From positions 269,233 to 333,232 of the forward strand of contig NIVC01000827.1 in NCBI GenBank assembly GCA_002269645.1: DNA of 64,000 nt, written 5' to 3'. The translations under genes and the position numbers were made by a program. How positions within the stretch are numbered: the first letter of the stretch is position 1; the number at the start of each line of letters is the position of its first letter. Below, one piece after another: positions 1-10,800 of the stretch. This stretch comes from Macrostomum lignano. Taxonomy: Eukaryota. The notes beneath the pieces were generated by a model, which saw nothing but the letters and a program-made list of their open reading frames with translations, searched no databases and was not told the origin of the DNA.

Positions 1-130
1 TACAGATTCCCCCCGGAATCTACTCAGACTCCCCTCTGGGATCTCCTCAGATTCCCCTATTGAATTCCTTCAGATTCCTCTCTCAGAACCCTTCAGATTC
101 CCCTCCAGGATCTCCTCAGATTCCCCGCTC
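1..130. repeat. Degenerate ~19-bp tandem repeat (cagattcccc...) in the upstream gene's intron
   Basis: Recurrent ctcagattcccc motif. Confidence 0.7.
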
Positions 131-148
131 CCCGCACCTCCTGCCCAG

Positions 149-400
149 GTGTGCCGGCAGATCGAGCTAGAGCGGGTCCGGTTCGACCGGGCCTGCTACA
201 GGTCGCAGCGGTCATTCCGGTACACGCTGCGCCTGAGAATGGCGGTGCTGGAGGGCATGTGCAACATGCTCAGGGAGTACGCCACCACCAAGATGACGGA
301 GAGGAATAACTTTGCCGCGATTGTTCGCGCGATGGAGCTGGAGATGGCGGGTGGCGACCTGCCCTCGCCATTTTATCACCGAGGAGGCGGCGATCCTTGA
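149..400 (+). CDS. Probable terminal coding exon of a gene entering from upstream of the window (83 codons, product unidentified)
   Basis: Pyrimidine-rich acceptor (ctcctgcccag|GTG at 148/149), GC-rich coding-like sequence open to TGA at 398-400, AATAAA candidates at ~632 and ~1081. No family recognised. Confidence 0.55.
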   Translation: MCRQIELERVRFDRACYRSQRSFRYTLRLRMAVLEGMCNMLREYATTKMTERNNFAAIVRAMELEMAGGDLPSPFYHRGGGDP

Positions 401-1249
401 GCCAGCGTCCAGTAGCGTGCTCAAACTTGAAGTGGTGTTTTTTGTTCGTTCGTTTGTTTGTTTTGTCTTGTTCGCCGCGGCAGTTGAAGGTTCCTATACC
501 CTTACACATCAGTGTTTGAGGCTCAATAAGCCTGCTGCTCTGGTGTGCTCAAATTTTAGTGCTGATTATTCGTCAAGTTCTCTTGTTTTTTTCCAGTTGC
601 CAGTATTTCCTGTTGAGCTTCGTCTGCTCAAATAAAACACGCAGAATTGCAAGTCTTTGTGCCTGACTCAGTTCTTTGTCCGTGTACAATGTCCCCCATA
701 ATGCGATTAGAAATTTGGAGCAAAGCTCTCTTACTTGTCCCATTATGTCTACACATCCCATCTACCTGCATTAAATATCTACATTGAAATTATATGCATA
801 TATTACTCTACAAATTCTCAGTCAGTAGTATATTTGTCGCATTTTTTCTTATATTGCTGTCTCTACCAAAGTGTAAGCTTATTCAAATTGTGCAATATTA
901 TTATTGTTGTTTGATAAAATTATTAACTTACTATTCCAACCCAGTGCATTCAGACTTAACCTGTATATTGTGTGTAAATTCAGTGCTTTGTCCACTCCTA
1001 ACACTTCTTTCATTCAAAATTATCTGCAGAATTAAAAGTCTCACAGCCAGCCTTGAAATTCTTTCTGTCAGTTTTTTTGCAAATAAATAATTGGACAAAA
1101 TTTTTCTTAAAAAAAAACACGAAGTTTTTTTGTTGCAATTTGCAGTATTAAATAGTTGGTGTTGAAGAATTTGTTATTTATGTTGACCTATAGTATTATT
1201 GGTGCAATTGTGGGGCTCTTTGAGAGGGGCAGGTCTCAGTGGGAGATTA

Positions 1250-1770
1250 TCGTTAGAGATGAGTAGATCTCATGAGAGATTATACTTTGAAATGAGCTAG
1301 TCTCATGAGATATTTATTATCCTTTAAAATGAGCAAATCTCATGAGAGATTATCCTTTGATATGAGCAAATCTCATGGGAGATTATCCTTTGGGATGAGC
1401 AAATCTCATGAGAGATTATCCTTTGATATGAGCAAATCTCATGGGAGATTATCCTTTGGGATGAGTAAATCTCATGAGAGATTATCCTTTGGTATGAGCA
1501 AATCTCATGAGAGATTATCCTTTGGTATGAGCAAATCTCATGGGAGATTATCCTTTGGGATGAGTAAATCTCATGAGAGATTATCCTTTGGTATGAGCAA
1601 ATCTCATGAGAGATTATCCTTTGGTATGAGCAAATCTCATGAGAGATTATCCTTTGGTATGAGCAAATCTCATGAGAGATTATCCTTTGGTATGAGCAAA
1701 TCTCATGTGAGATTATCATTTGGGATGAGCAAATCTCATGAGAGATTATCATTTGGGATGAGCAAGTCTC
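1250..1770. repeat. 33-bp minisatellite (~15 copies) upstream of LRRC47
   Basis: Unit atgagcaaatctcatgagagattatcctttggt. Confidence 0.95.
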
Positions 1771-1946
1771 ATAATCCCGTATCTCGTGTCTCGGGGGTGA
1801 TTGCACCTAATATTTTGCGCATTTTGCTATTAATAACGGAGCAGACAAGCATCGAACAGTTATTCCCACGTTTTTGCATGCTTCCCCGCAGCATCCCATT
1901 GTGACAGTAATCAGACAAACGCATCAGTCAGAGCCGCAGCAGCAGC

Positions 1947-4900
1947 ATGCCCTGGGAGGAGGTGAGCAAAGTCCAGCAAGAGGGCCGTCACGAGCTGGTG
2001 CTGAGCGGTCCCGAGGTTGCTCAGCGCATCGAGACGGAAGGCCTGGACCCGCTGGTGCTGCAGCTGGAGTCGTTGAACTTTCTCAGCATCTCCAAGACCG
2101 CACTTGAGCAGCTGCCGACTCCGGATGGCGGGATCCGGCTGCCGGCACTGACCAAGCTGTGCGTGTATGAGAATCGCCTGGCTGCCCTGCCAGCCACCTT
2201 TGCGCAGTTGGCCACCTTGAAGCACCTGGACTTGAGCAACAACCGGCTGGTGTGTCTGCCGGATAACTTGCTGACTGACCTGCTGCAGCTTGAGGTGCGC
2301 GCAATTCTGTGAGATGGAATTAAATAAAAGCACTGTTGAAATGAAATCAGTGAGCTCATGAGCTGCGTGTCAATGCACGAAAATTCACCTTGGGGGGTTG
2401 TCTTGCGATTCACAGCCGTTACCGTGACATGGATCGCTGAAGAGTGACTGCAAACGCCTCAAATTCACTTTCTTGGCCTGGGTGAGATATGTCAATTAAA
2501 CAAGTTTAAAAACCACTCTTTCAGGTGCTGAACCTGTCTAATAATCAGTTGGAGAGCCTGCCGCGACTGGGACCTCTGTCTCACCTGCTGGACATGTACC
2601 TGAGCAACAATAGATTGACAGCTCTGCCTGATGGTATCGACCGGCCTGAGTTGTCAAGTTTACTGTCAATCAGAGCCAACAATAACAGCATTGAGGTTGG
2701 GCCTTGTGTCTTTGATGTTTCCTTTTTTAAATGCGAGTTACAGTACCGGTACAGTAGATAGAGCTAGAGTCTTTGAGCTATTCCCTCCACAGGTGCAGTC
2801 AGAGGCCCCACAGGTGCAGTCAGAGGCCCCACAGGTGCAGTCAGAGGCCCACAGGTGCAGTCAGAGTCTCCACAGGTGCAGTCAGAGTCCCCACAGGTGC
2901 AGTCAGAGTCCCCACAGGTGCAGTCAGAGTCCCCACAGGTGCAGTCAGAGTCCCCACAGGTGCAGTCAGAGGAGTCCCCACATGTGCAGTCAGAGGCCCC
3001 ACAGGTGCAGTCAGAGGCCCCACAGGTGCAGTCAGAGTCCCCACAGGTGCGGTCAGAGGCCCCACAGGTGCAGTCAGAGTCCCCACAGGTGCAGTCAGAG
3101 GCCCACAGGTGCAGTCAGAGTCTCCACAGGTGCAGTCAGAGTCCCCACAGGTGCAGTCAGAGTCCCCACAGGTGCAGTCAGAGTCCCCACAGGTGCAGTC
3201 AGAGTCCCCACAGGTGCAGTCAGAGGAGTCCCCACATGTGCAGTCAGAGGCCCCACAGGTGCAGTCAGAGGCCCCACAGGTGCAGTCAGAGTCCCCACAG
3301 GTGCGGTCAGAGGCCCCACAGGTGCAGTCAGAGTCCCCACAGGTGCAGTCAGAGTCCCCACAGGTGAAGTCAGAGGCCCCACAGGTGCAGTCAGAGTCCC
3401 CGCTGCCCGCTCAGGCCCTGCCGCCCTCGCTGTCGCGCCTGCCGTGCCTGCGGGTGCTGGACCTGGAGAACAACCGGGTCACCGAGTTGCCAGCCGACGT
3501 GAGCGGCTGCGCCAAGCTGCGCGAGCTCAACCTCAAAGGTAATAAAATTGCCGATCGCCGCTTGAAAAAGATGCTGGAAGACGACAAGGTGCAGTGCGCC
3601 TCGGTGCTGGAGTACCTGCGCAAGACCGCCGCCTCCAGGCCGGGCCAGGCCACAGCCAAGGCGGCTGGCAAGAAGCAGAAAAAGCAGCAACAACAGCAGC
3701 AGCGACTCGAGTCCGAGACTGGCGATGGAGACGATGCTGATGAAGCTGAAGCCGCCACGGTACGTGCAGTCTGGGATTCTGGCTTAAGATGGGGGGCAGG
3801 AGTGGAATTTGAGTGACAAATCCAAGTAATTGACAATTGGAGTGACTGGTCGAGTGACAGGTGGAGTGACTGTTCGAGTGACAGGTGGAGTGACTGGTCG
3901 AGTGACAGATAAGTGAGTAACTGATGGAGTGACAGATAAGTGAGTGACAGGTCAAGTGACAGATAAGTGAGTGACTGGTGGCCGAGTGACAGATAAGTGA
4001 GTGACTGGCCGAGTGACAGATAAGTGAGTGACAGATAAGTGAGTAACTGATGGAGTGACAGATAAGTGAGTGACAGGTCAAGTGACAGATAAGTGAGTGA
4101 CTGGTGGCCGAGTGACAGATAAGTGAGTGACTGGCCGAGTGACAGATAAGTGAGTGACAGATAAGTGAGTGACAGATAAGTGAGTGACAGATAAGTGAGT
4201 GACTGATAAGTGAGTGACAGGTCCAATGATAGATAAGTGAGTGACAGATGAGTGACTTAGGTTTAAGAGATAAGCCAGCTAATGCTGAGCAGCTGGTACC
4301 CCCCTCCTCACCAGATCGACATCCGGCACTGGCGCCCTGAGTCGGACCTGACTGCCCGCCTGCACGAGTCGGTGCTGGAGGTGCGGCCCTACCTGGTGCT
4401 GTGCGCCGTCCGCAACATCGACCTGGCCAGCGCGCCAGGCCGCTTCAAAGCCTTCCTGGCCTGCCAGCAGGCGCTGCACGACGGCCTCGCCGACCGGCGG
4501 CAGAAGCTGACGGTGGCAAGCCACGATCTGGACAAGATCCGCTTCCCCCTGACCTTCGAGGCCCGGCCACCGGCCGAGATCGTGTTCCGGCCGCTCAAGT
4601 CGGCCAAAGAGGAATCGGCCGCCGAGCTGTTCCGCCGGCTCCGTCAGGAGGCCGAGGACGAGCGGAAGGCGAAGAAGCGGAACACGGTGTCCGGGGTGCA
4701 CCGCTACCTGTCCCTGCTGGAGGGCCGGCCGGCCTACCCAGTGCTTCTGGACCGGGACCAGCGGGTGCTGTCCCTGCCGCCCATCACCAATGCCGAGCTC
4801 AGCAGGATCGGCCCGGAGACCCGGAATCTGCTGCTAGAGGTGAGGGGAATCTGCTGCTGGAGGTGAGGGGAATCTGCTGCTGGAGGTGAGGGGAATCTGC

Positions 4901-5972
4901 TGCTGAAGGTGAGGGCGTCCGCGCCTGGAATCGCCTAATGACTCAGCCACCCCATAAGAATCGCCCCTAAGCCAGCCCAAAAAAATCGCCCCTCAGCCAC
5001 CCCATAAGAATCGCCCCTCAGCCACCCCATAAGAATCGCCCCTCAGCCACTCCATGAGAATCGCCCCTCAGCCACTCCATGAGAATCGCCCCTCAGCCAC
5101 TCCATGAGAATCGCCCCTCAGCCAGCCCATGAGAATCGCCCCTCAGCCACTCCATAAGAATCGCCTCTCAGCCACCCCATGAGAATCGCTCCTCAGCCAC
5201 CCCATGAGAATCGCCCCTCAGCCACCCCATAAGAATCGCCCCTCAGCCAGCTCATGAGAATCGCCGCTCAGCCACCCCATGAGAATCGCCCCTCAGCCAG
5301 CTCATGAGAATCGCCGCTCAGCCAGCTCATGAGAATCGCCCCTCAGCCACCCCATGAGAATCGCCCCTCAGCCAGCTCATGAGAATCGCCCCTCAGCCAT
5401 CCCATAAGAATCGCCCCTCAGCCACCCCATGAGAATCGCCCCTCAGCCACCCCATGAGAATCGCCCCTCAGCCACCCCATGAGAATCGCCCCTCAGCCAC
5501 CCCATGAGAATCGCCCCTCAGCCACCCCATGAGAATCGCCCCTCAGCCATCCCATAAGAATCGCCCCTCAGCCACCCCATGAGAATCGCCCCTCAGCCAC
5601 CCCATGAGAATCGCCCCTCAGCCACCCCATGAGAATCGCCCCTCAGCCATCCCATAAGAATCGCCCCTCAGCCACCCCATGAGAATCGCCCCTCAGCCAT
5701 CCCATGAGAATCGCCCCTCAGCCAGCCCACGCCAACCTGCACCGCAGGTGAGCGGGCACAGCCGCCTGGAGCTGTGCAAGCAGGCCATGGAGCAGCTCAT
5801 TTCCTGGCTGCTGTCCTCAGCCCTGAAAGACGACCCCGCGAACGAGGCCGGGCTGGCCATCGAGCAGGTGCGCACGCTGGACTGGGAGGGCGGCCTCCGG
5901 GTGGTGTACCCGTCGCGAACCGACCTGGTCAGCTGCGAGACCAGCTCGTGCCGGTTCAACCGGCCTGGATGA
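1947..5972 (+). CDS. LRRC47: Leucine-rich repeat-containing protein 47 (LRRs + PheRS-beta B3/B4-like domain), ~537 aa, 5 exons
   Basis: Exons 1947-2294, 2525-2695, 3415-3759, 4315-4839, 5748-5972; all GT-AG, all phase 0. N-terminal LRRs (LKHLDLSNNRL, LNLSNNQL, LDLENNRV). B3/B4-type motifs (RPYLVLCAVRNIDL, SHDLDKI, VLSLPPITNAE) and C-terminal IEQVRTLDWEGGLRVVYPSRTDL as in LRRC47. AATAAA at ~6309. Confidence 0.92.
2783..3400. repeat. 21-bp minisatellite in LRRC47 intron 2
   Basis: Unit ccccacaggtgcagtcagag(t/g); ~300-bp block duplicated. Confidence 0.95.
3835..4260. repeat. 15-bp minisatellite in LRRC47 intron 3
   Basis: Unit gtgagtgacagataa. Confidence 0.92.
4824..4915 (+). repeat. 4 x 23-bp duplication of the LRRC47 exon 4 / intron 4 junction
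   Basis: Unit gaatctgctgct(a/g)gag|gtgaggg. Confidence 0.95.
4955..5728. repeat. 25-bp minisatellite in LRRC47 intron 4
   Basis: Unit gagaatcgcccctcagccaccccat. Confidence 0.95.
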
Positions 5973-6489
5973 CCGACTGAACAGAAGAGCGGCTTCATCT
6001 GTGTGGATGCTGGAGGAGTCTTCCTTTGATGATGAGTTCTGAAGTCAATCGAGTCATTCGTTAATAACAGCAGGCTAAATGCTTTAATGCGACTTTAACT
6101 ATAAACCGAAAAGTATAGACCATTTTCCAAGCCAATCGAGCCTAGGACCTCAGTGGGAGAATCCGGCTTCACAGGCGGCCGCCTTTTGAGCCATAGACAG
6201 TGAAAAGCAAGCCTTCAAATGCTCAGTTGGTTAGGAAAATGCCATACTGATGGTGTCACTGAGAAATCCGAATTGAAGCTGTAAGCGCATTTTTTTGTTC
6301 TCTGATTGAATAAAATAAATCTAATTGACGACGGAAAACACGTGACTGACGCGCCTTTATGGGACAAATTCCAGTGTGCTGGAAGTTAAACTTGCATCCA
6401 GATCTGGCTTTCTTGTTTGTTTATTTCTAAGAAAATTGCCAGAGTTTTTGGGAGAACTTTTGTAAAGCTGAGCACACTTCTGACTCAAT

Positions 6490-7330
6490 AGACACTTCAC
6501 ACTGTGGAGTCTGGACACTTCACAAAATATGGACGCTTCAGTCTGGACACTTCACAGACTGTGGAAACTTCATAGACTGGACACTTCACAGACTGGACAC
6601 TTCACAGACTGGACACTTCACAGACTGGACACTTCAAAGACTATGGACACTTCACAGACTGGACACTTCAAAGACTATGGACACTTCACAGACTGGACAC
6701 TTCACATACTGGACGCTTCACAGACTGGACACTTCAGAGACTATGGACACTTCATAGGCTGGGCACTTCACAGACTGGACACTTCACACACTGGAAACTT
6801 CACATACTGGACGCTTCACATACTGGACGCTTCACAGACTGGACACTTCACAGACTATGGACACTTCATAGGCTGGGCACTTCACAGACTGGACACTTCA
6901 CGCACTGGAAACTTCATAGACTGGACACTTCATAGACTCGACACTTCACAGACTGGAAACTTCATAGGCTGGACACTTCACAGACTGGACACTTCACAGA
7001 CTGGACACTTCATAGACTCGACACTTCACACACTGGAAACTTCATAGGCTGGACACTTCACAGACTGGACACTTCACACACTGGAAACTTCACAGACTGG
7101 ACACTTCACAGACTGGACACTTCATAGACTGGACACTTCACAGACTGGACACTTCATAGACTCGACACTTCACACACTGGAAACTTCATAGGCTGGACAC
7201 TTCACAGACTGGACACTTCACACACTGGAAACTTCACAGACTGGACACTTCACAGACTGGACACTTCATAGACTGGACACTTCACAGACTGGACACTTCA
7301 CAGACTGGACACTTCATAGGCTGGAAACTC
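6490..7330. repeat. 16-bp minisatellite between LRRC47 and the cadherin
   Basis: Unit ctggacacttcacaga. Confidence 0.95.
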
Positions 7331-7819
7331 TCAGCTGACTTCGTTTTCGAAAGATTTAAAACAAACCTTTTGAGTTCATGAAATTTCTAGGAGGATGATT
7401 GAAGCGAGCCCATCCGCTACTAATAGAAGTAGTCGCGTGTGTAATCTGCACTGAATGGCCTTGCAAGCGCAGTTTCAATGCTATAAAACACGCGGCCTGT
7501 CCTTTGCTTCACTGAACAATGTACGCTCCTCTATTCTTCATGCAATGGGCCGGGATAGGCTGAGAAGCAGGGGCAGACGGGCTTGAATTTGAGTCTTCTC
7601 ACATTGGGTGCGCCAGTGCGAATTCTGCGCTTCTACAGTGGGTGGGCGGGCAGCTGTTGCTGTTGCAGAGACACTTTTGTAAGGCGCATTGTGGCGCACC
7701 CTGTTTAAATTATCTTGGGTGGGTCTCTCTGGGCTAATTGTGAATTTCTCTGCGGCTTCCATCGTTTTCTCACGCGCTGAAGAAGATCAAACTAAAAGAA
7801 ACCTAAGCGACCAAGGAGA

Positions 7820-10800
7820 ATGAAGCCGCTGATTTCTGTTGCGTTGCTTCTAGTAGCAGCAGCAGGAATTCCTTCTTGCCTCGGACAGCTAGTCTGGGTA
7901 AACGACTGCAGCGCCACTTTCAAGCTAGGCTTGCAGGAAAATATCCCAGTGGGAACTCGGCTCTGCACCCTGGCCGCTACCTACAATAACAACAGTGCTC
8001 GGGTGACTTACGAAGCGGTTAGCGATAATTTCAATGTGAACACCACGACTGGAGTGCTGAGCATGGCCAGGATCATCGACAGAGAGGTGCGTTACCTGCC
8101 CTCGTTAGCAGGGCCTTTGCGGGGCTAAATGCAATCCTGACACCCTGATAGCGTCCTGACACCCTGCTGACGTCCTGACACCCTGCTAGCGTCCTGACAC
8201 CCCTGCTAGCATCCTGACACCCTTGCTGATGTCCTGACACCCTGCAAGCATCTTGACACACTTGCTGATGTTCTGACACCCAGCTAGCGTCCTGACACCC
8301 TTGCTGATGCCCTGACACTCTGCTAGCATCCTGAAACACTTGCTGATGTCCTGATACCCTGCTAGCATCCTGACACCCTTGCTGATTTCCTGACACCCTG
8401 CTAGCGACCTTTACCCTTGCTGATGTCCTGACACCCTGCTAGCGACCTGGCACCCTGCCACATGTAATAATCCTGACACCCAGCTGGCATCCTGGCGTCC
8501 TGCTAACGTCCTAAACCCTGCTAGCATTTAGGCATCCTGATGACGTCCTGACACCACCACCACCACCATGACACCCTCGGGCTTTCTCTGCCTGATACTT
8601 ATGCACCCAAAGACGGTGCATAGTGGCTGTGAGAACAAGAGTCAGCGCATTTCATCCACACCCACAGACCATAGACCCGGCCAGCAGAGACACGGTGCTG
8701 CTGACAGTGCGGGCCAGATACAACCCAGCCTCTCTATCCATCGAAGCCGCCATCACCATCACCATCTTGGACGTCAACGACAATCAGCCGCAGTTTGAAG
8801 GCCAACCGTATTCCGCCAGCGTGTCGGAAGCGGCTCCAAACGGCACCGTGTTCTACTCAGGCATCGTGGCCACCGACTCAGACGCCGGAACCAACGCCGA
8901 GCTGACGCTCAGCTGCATTAACTGCGCCAAGTTCCACCTCTTCCAGACCCGACTGGCCGCCAATCGGTACCAGGGCTCGCTGATGCTGGTCGAGCCCGTG
9001 GACTACGAGCAGGACACTTACTACATCGTCACCGTCTTGGCCAAGGACAGTAGCGCCACCAACCCGCTCAACCGCACCGTCAACGTCATCGTCACCATCG
9101 GCGACGCCCAGGACACGCCGCCGGTGTTCCGCGACCGCTACATCAGCTTCACCATCACCGAGAACAACACCGTCGTGTCCGCGCTCGGCTACGTTGAGGC
9201 CCGCGACGGCGACGGTGGCGACAACCTCGGCCGGCCAGTGGTGCTTGACATCGTCAACGACCCGATCGGGGCCTTCCTTTTCAAAGCAACGCTGGACCCG
9301 CTGCTCAGCTCGGTGTACTACCGGGGCGAGCTGGTGCTGAAGCCGGGCGCGGTGCTGGATCGCGAGGCCTGGTACGGCAACTTCTACAGCTTCAACATCA
9401 GCGCCACGGAGATTTACTCGAAGTCGAACACCACAAAAACTGACGCGGTAAGGCAGAACGCAGTCGAGATAATCGTCATCGACATCAACGACAACATTCC
9501 GGCATTCGTCGACGGGCCAATCTTCAACGTGACGACGCCGGAGAATCTCGCCAACTTGTCCGTCATCGGCGGCCTGGACATTCTGGTGCGAGACGCGGAC
9601 GGCACGTCCAGGTACAACACGATGAACGTGTCCGTGCAGTCGTCCACGTACGCCAACGTGTTCGCTATCACGCCAAGCACAGTGGTTGGCCAGGGCACCT
9701 GCAACCTGCTGGTCATGGACTCTACCAAGCTGGACTACGAGGTGCCTGCCTACCGAGAGCATGCGGTGGTGCTGCTGCTCCAGGAGGCCGGCACAACCGA
9801 GAAGTTCTCTTCCTCGGCGACTGTCTATATTCGGCTGACTGACATCAACGATAATGCCCCCACCTTTGGGGGCAATTCCTCGTTTTTTCAGTGAGTAGTT
9901 CGCTTCCAGCATTGGGCAACGTTTATACGAGCTAGTAGACAAAAAGCCTGGGAAGTGTCGTTCGATGTGATTCTGCACTGGGAAGTGTCGTTCGATGTGA
10001 TTCTGCACTGGGAAGTGGCTCTCGAGGGGCAAACAGAAAAAGATCAGATGTGTCCATAATGGGTCCGGTTTTACTATATATTTTTGGGCTCCTGGCCCCA
10101 CCTTTGCCAGGCATGCTGTGGCACTAAAGATACGTACATATGATGCATGCATACGTACGCGTCCGAGTGTTCAGAGGATCCACAGCCTAGGCCATCACAG
10201 ATGTCACAGACGGCGTTGCGCCACGGTGCCTATCGCTCATCTGTGTGTACTTTTCATGGTTTTCTAGGAAAGTGTAAAAGGTCCCCTGGGATTGAGGTCC
10301 TTTTACACTTACGAAAGCAAGCCAACTGCATGCACGCACATACCGCCCACAGGTTCAGCGTGCTGGAGATTCGCCCGGTCGGCTGGCTGGTCGGCCACGT
10401 CCGCGCCACCGACCGCGACTCCGGCCTGCTCGGCGAGGTGACCCACTCGCTCAGCGGGTCGAACGCCGACAAACTGTCAATCAACGCCACGACTGGCCAG
10501 CTGAATCTGGCCAAGCCGCTCAACTACGACATCGAGAAGGAGTTCAGCGTCACGGTGGTCGCGACCGACGGCGGCGGACTGTCATCTGCCGCTGTAGTCT
10601 ATATCAACGTTCAGGACTATAATGACAAGGCGCCATACTTCAGCCAGGACCGCTACACCGCCACCATCAATGAGCAGTCCACCATTCTCATCCCGCCGCT
10701 GGTGCTCAAGACAAACGACACGGACACGACGGTGCCGATCAAATTCAGCATCATCAGCGGCAACACGCCGGACAATGGGTTCCGCATCGTCAACCAGAAC

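Noticed and set aside
1305-1904. 199-aa MSKSHERLSFG repeat ORF
   Set aside because: 33-bp minisatellite open on both strands; no supporting gene structure.
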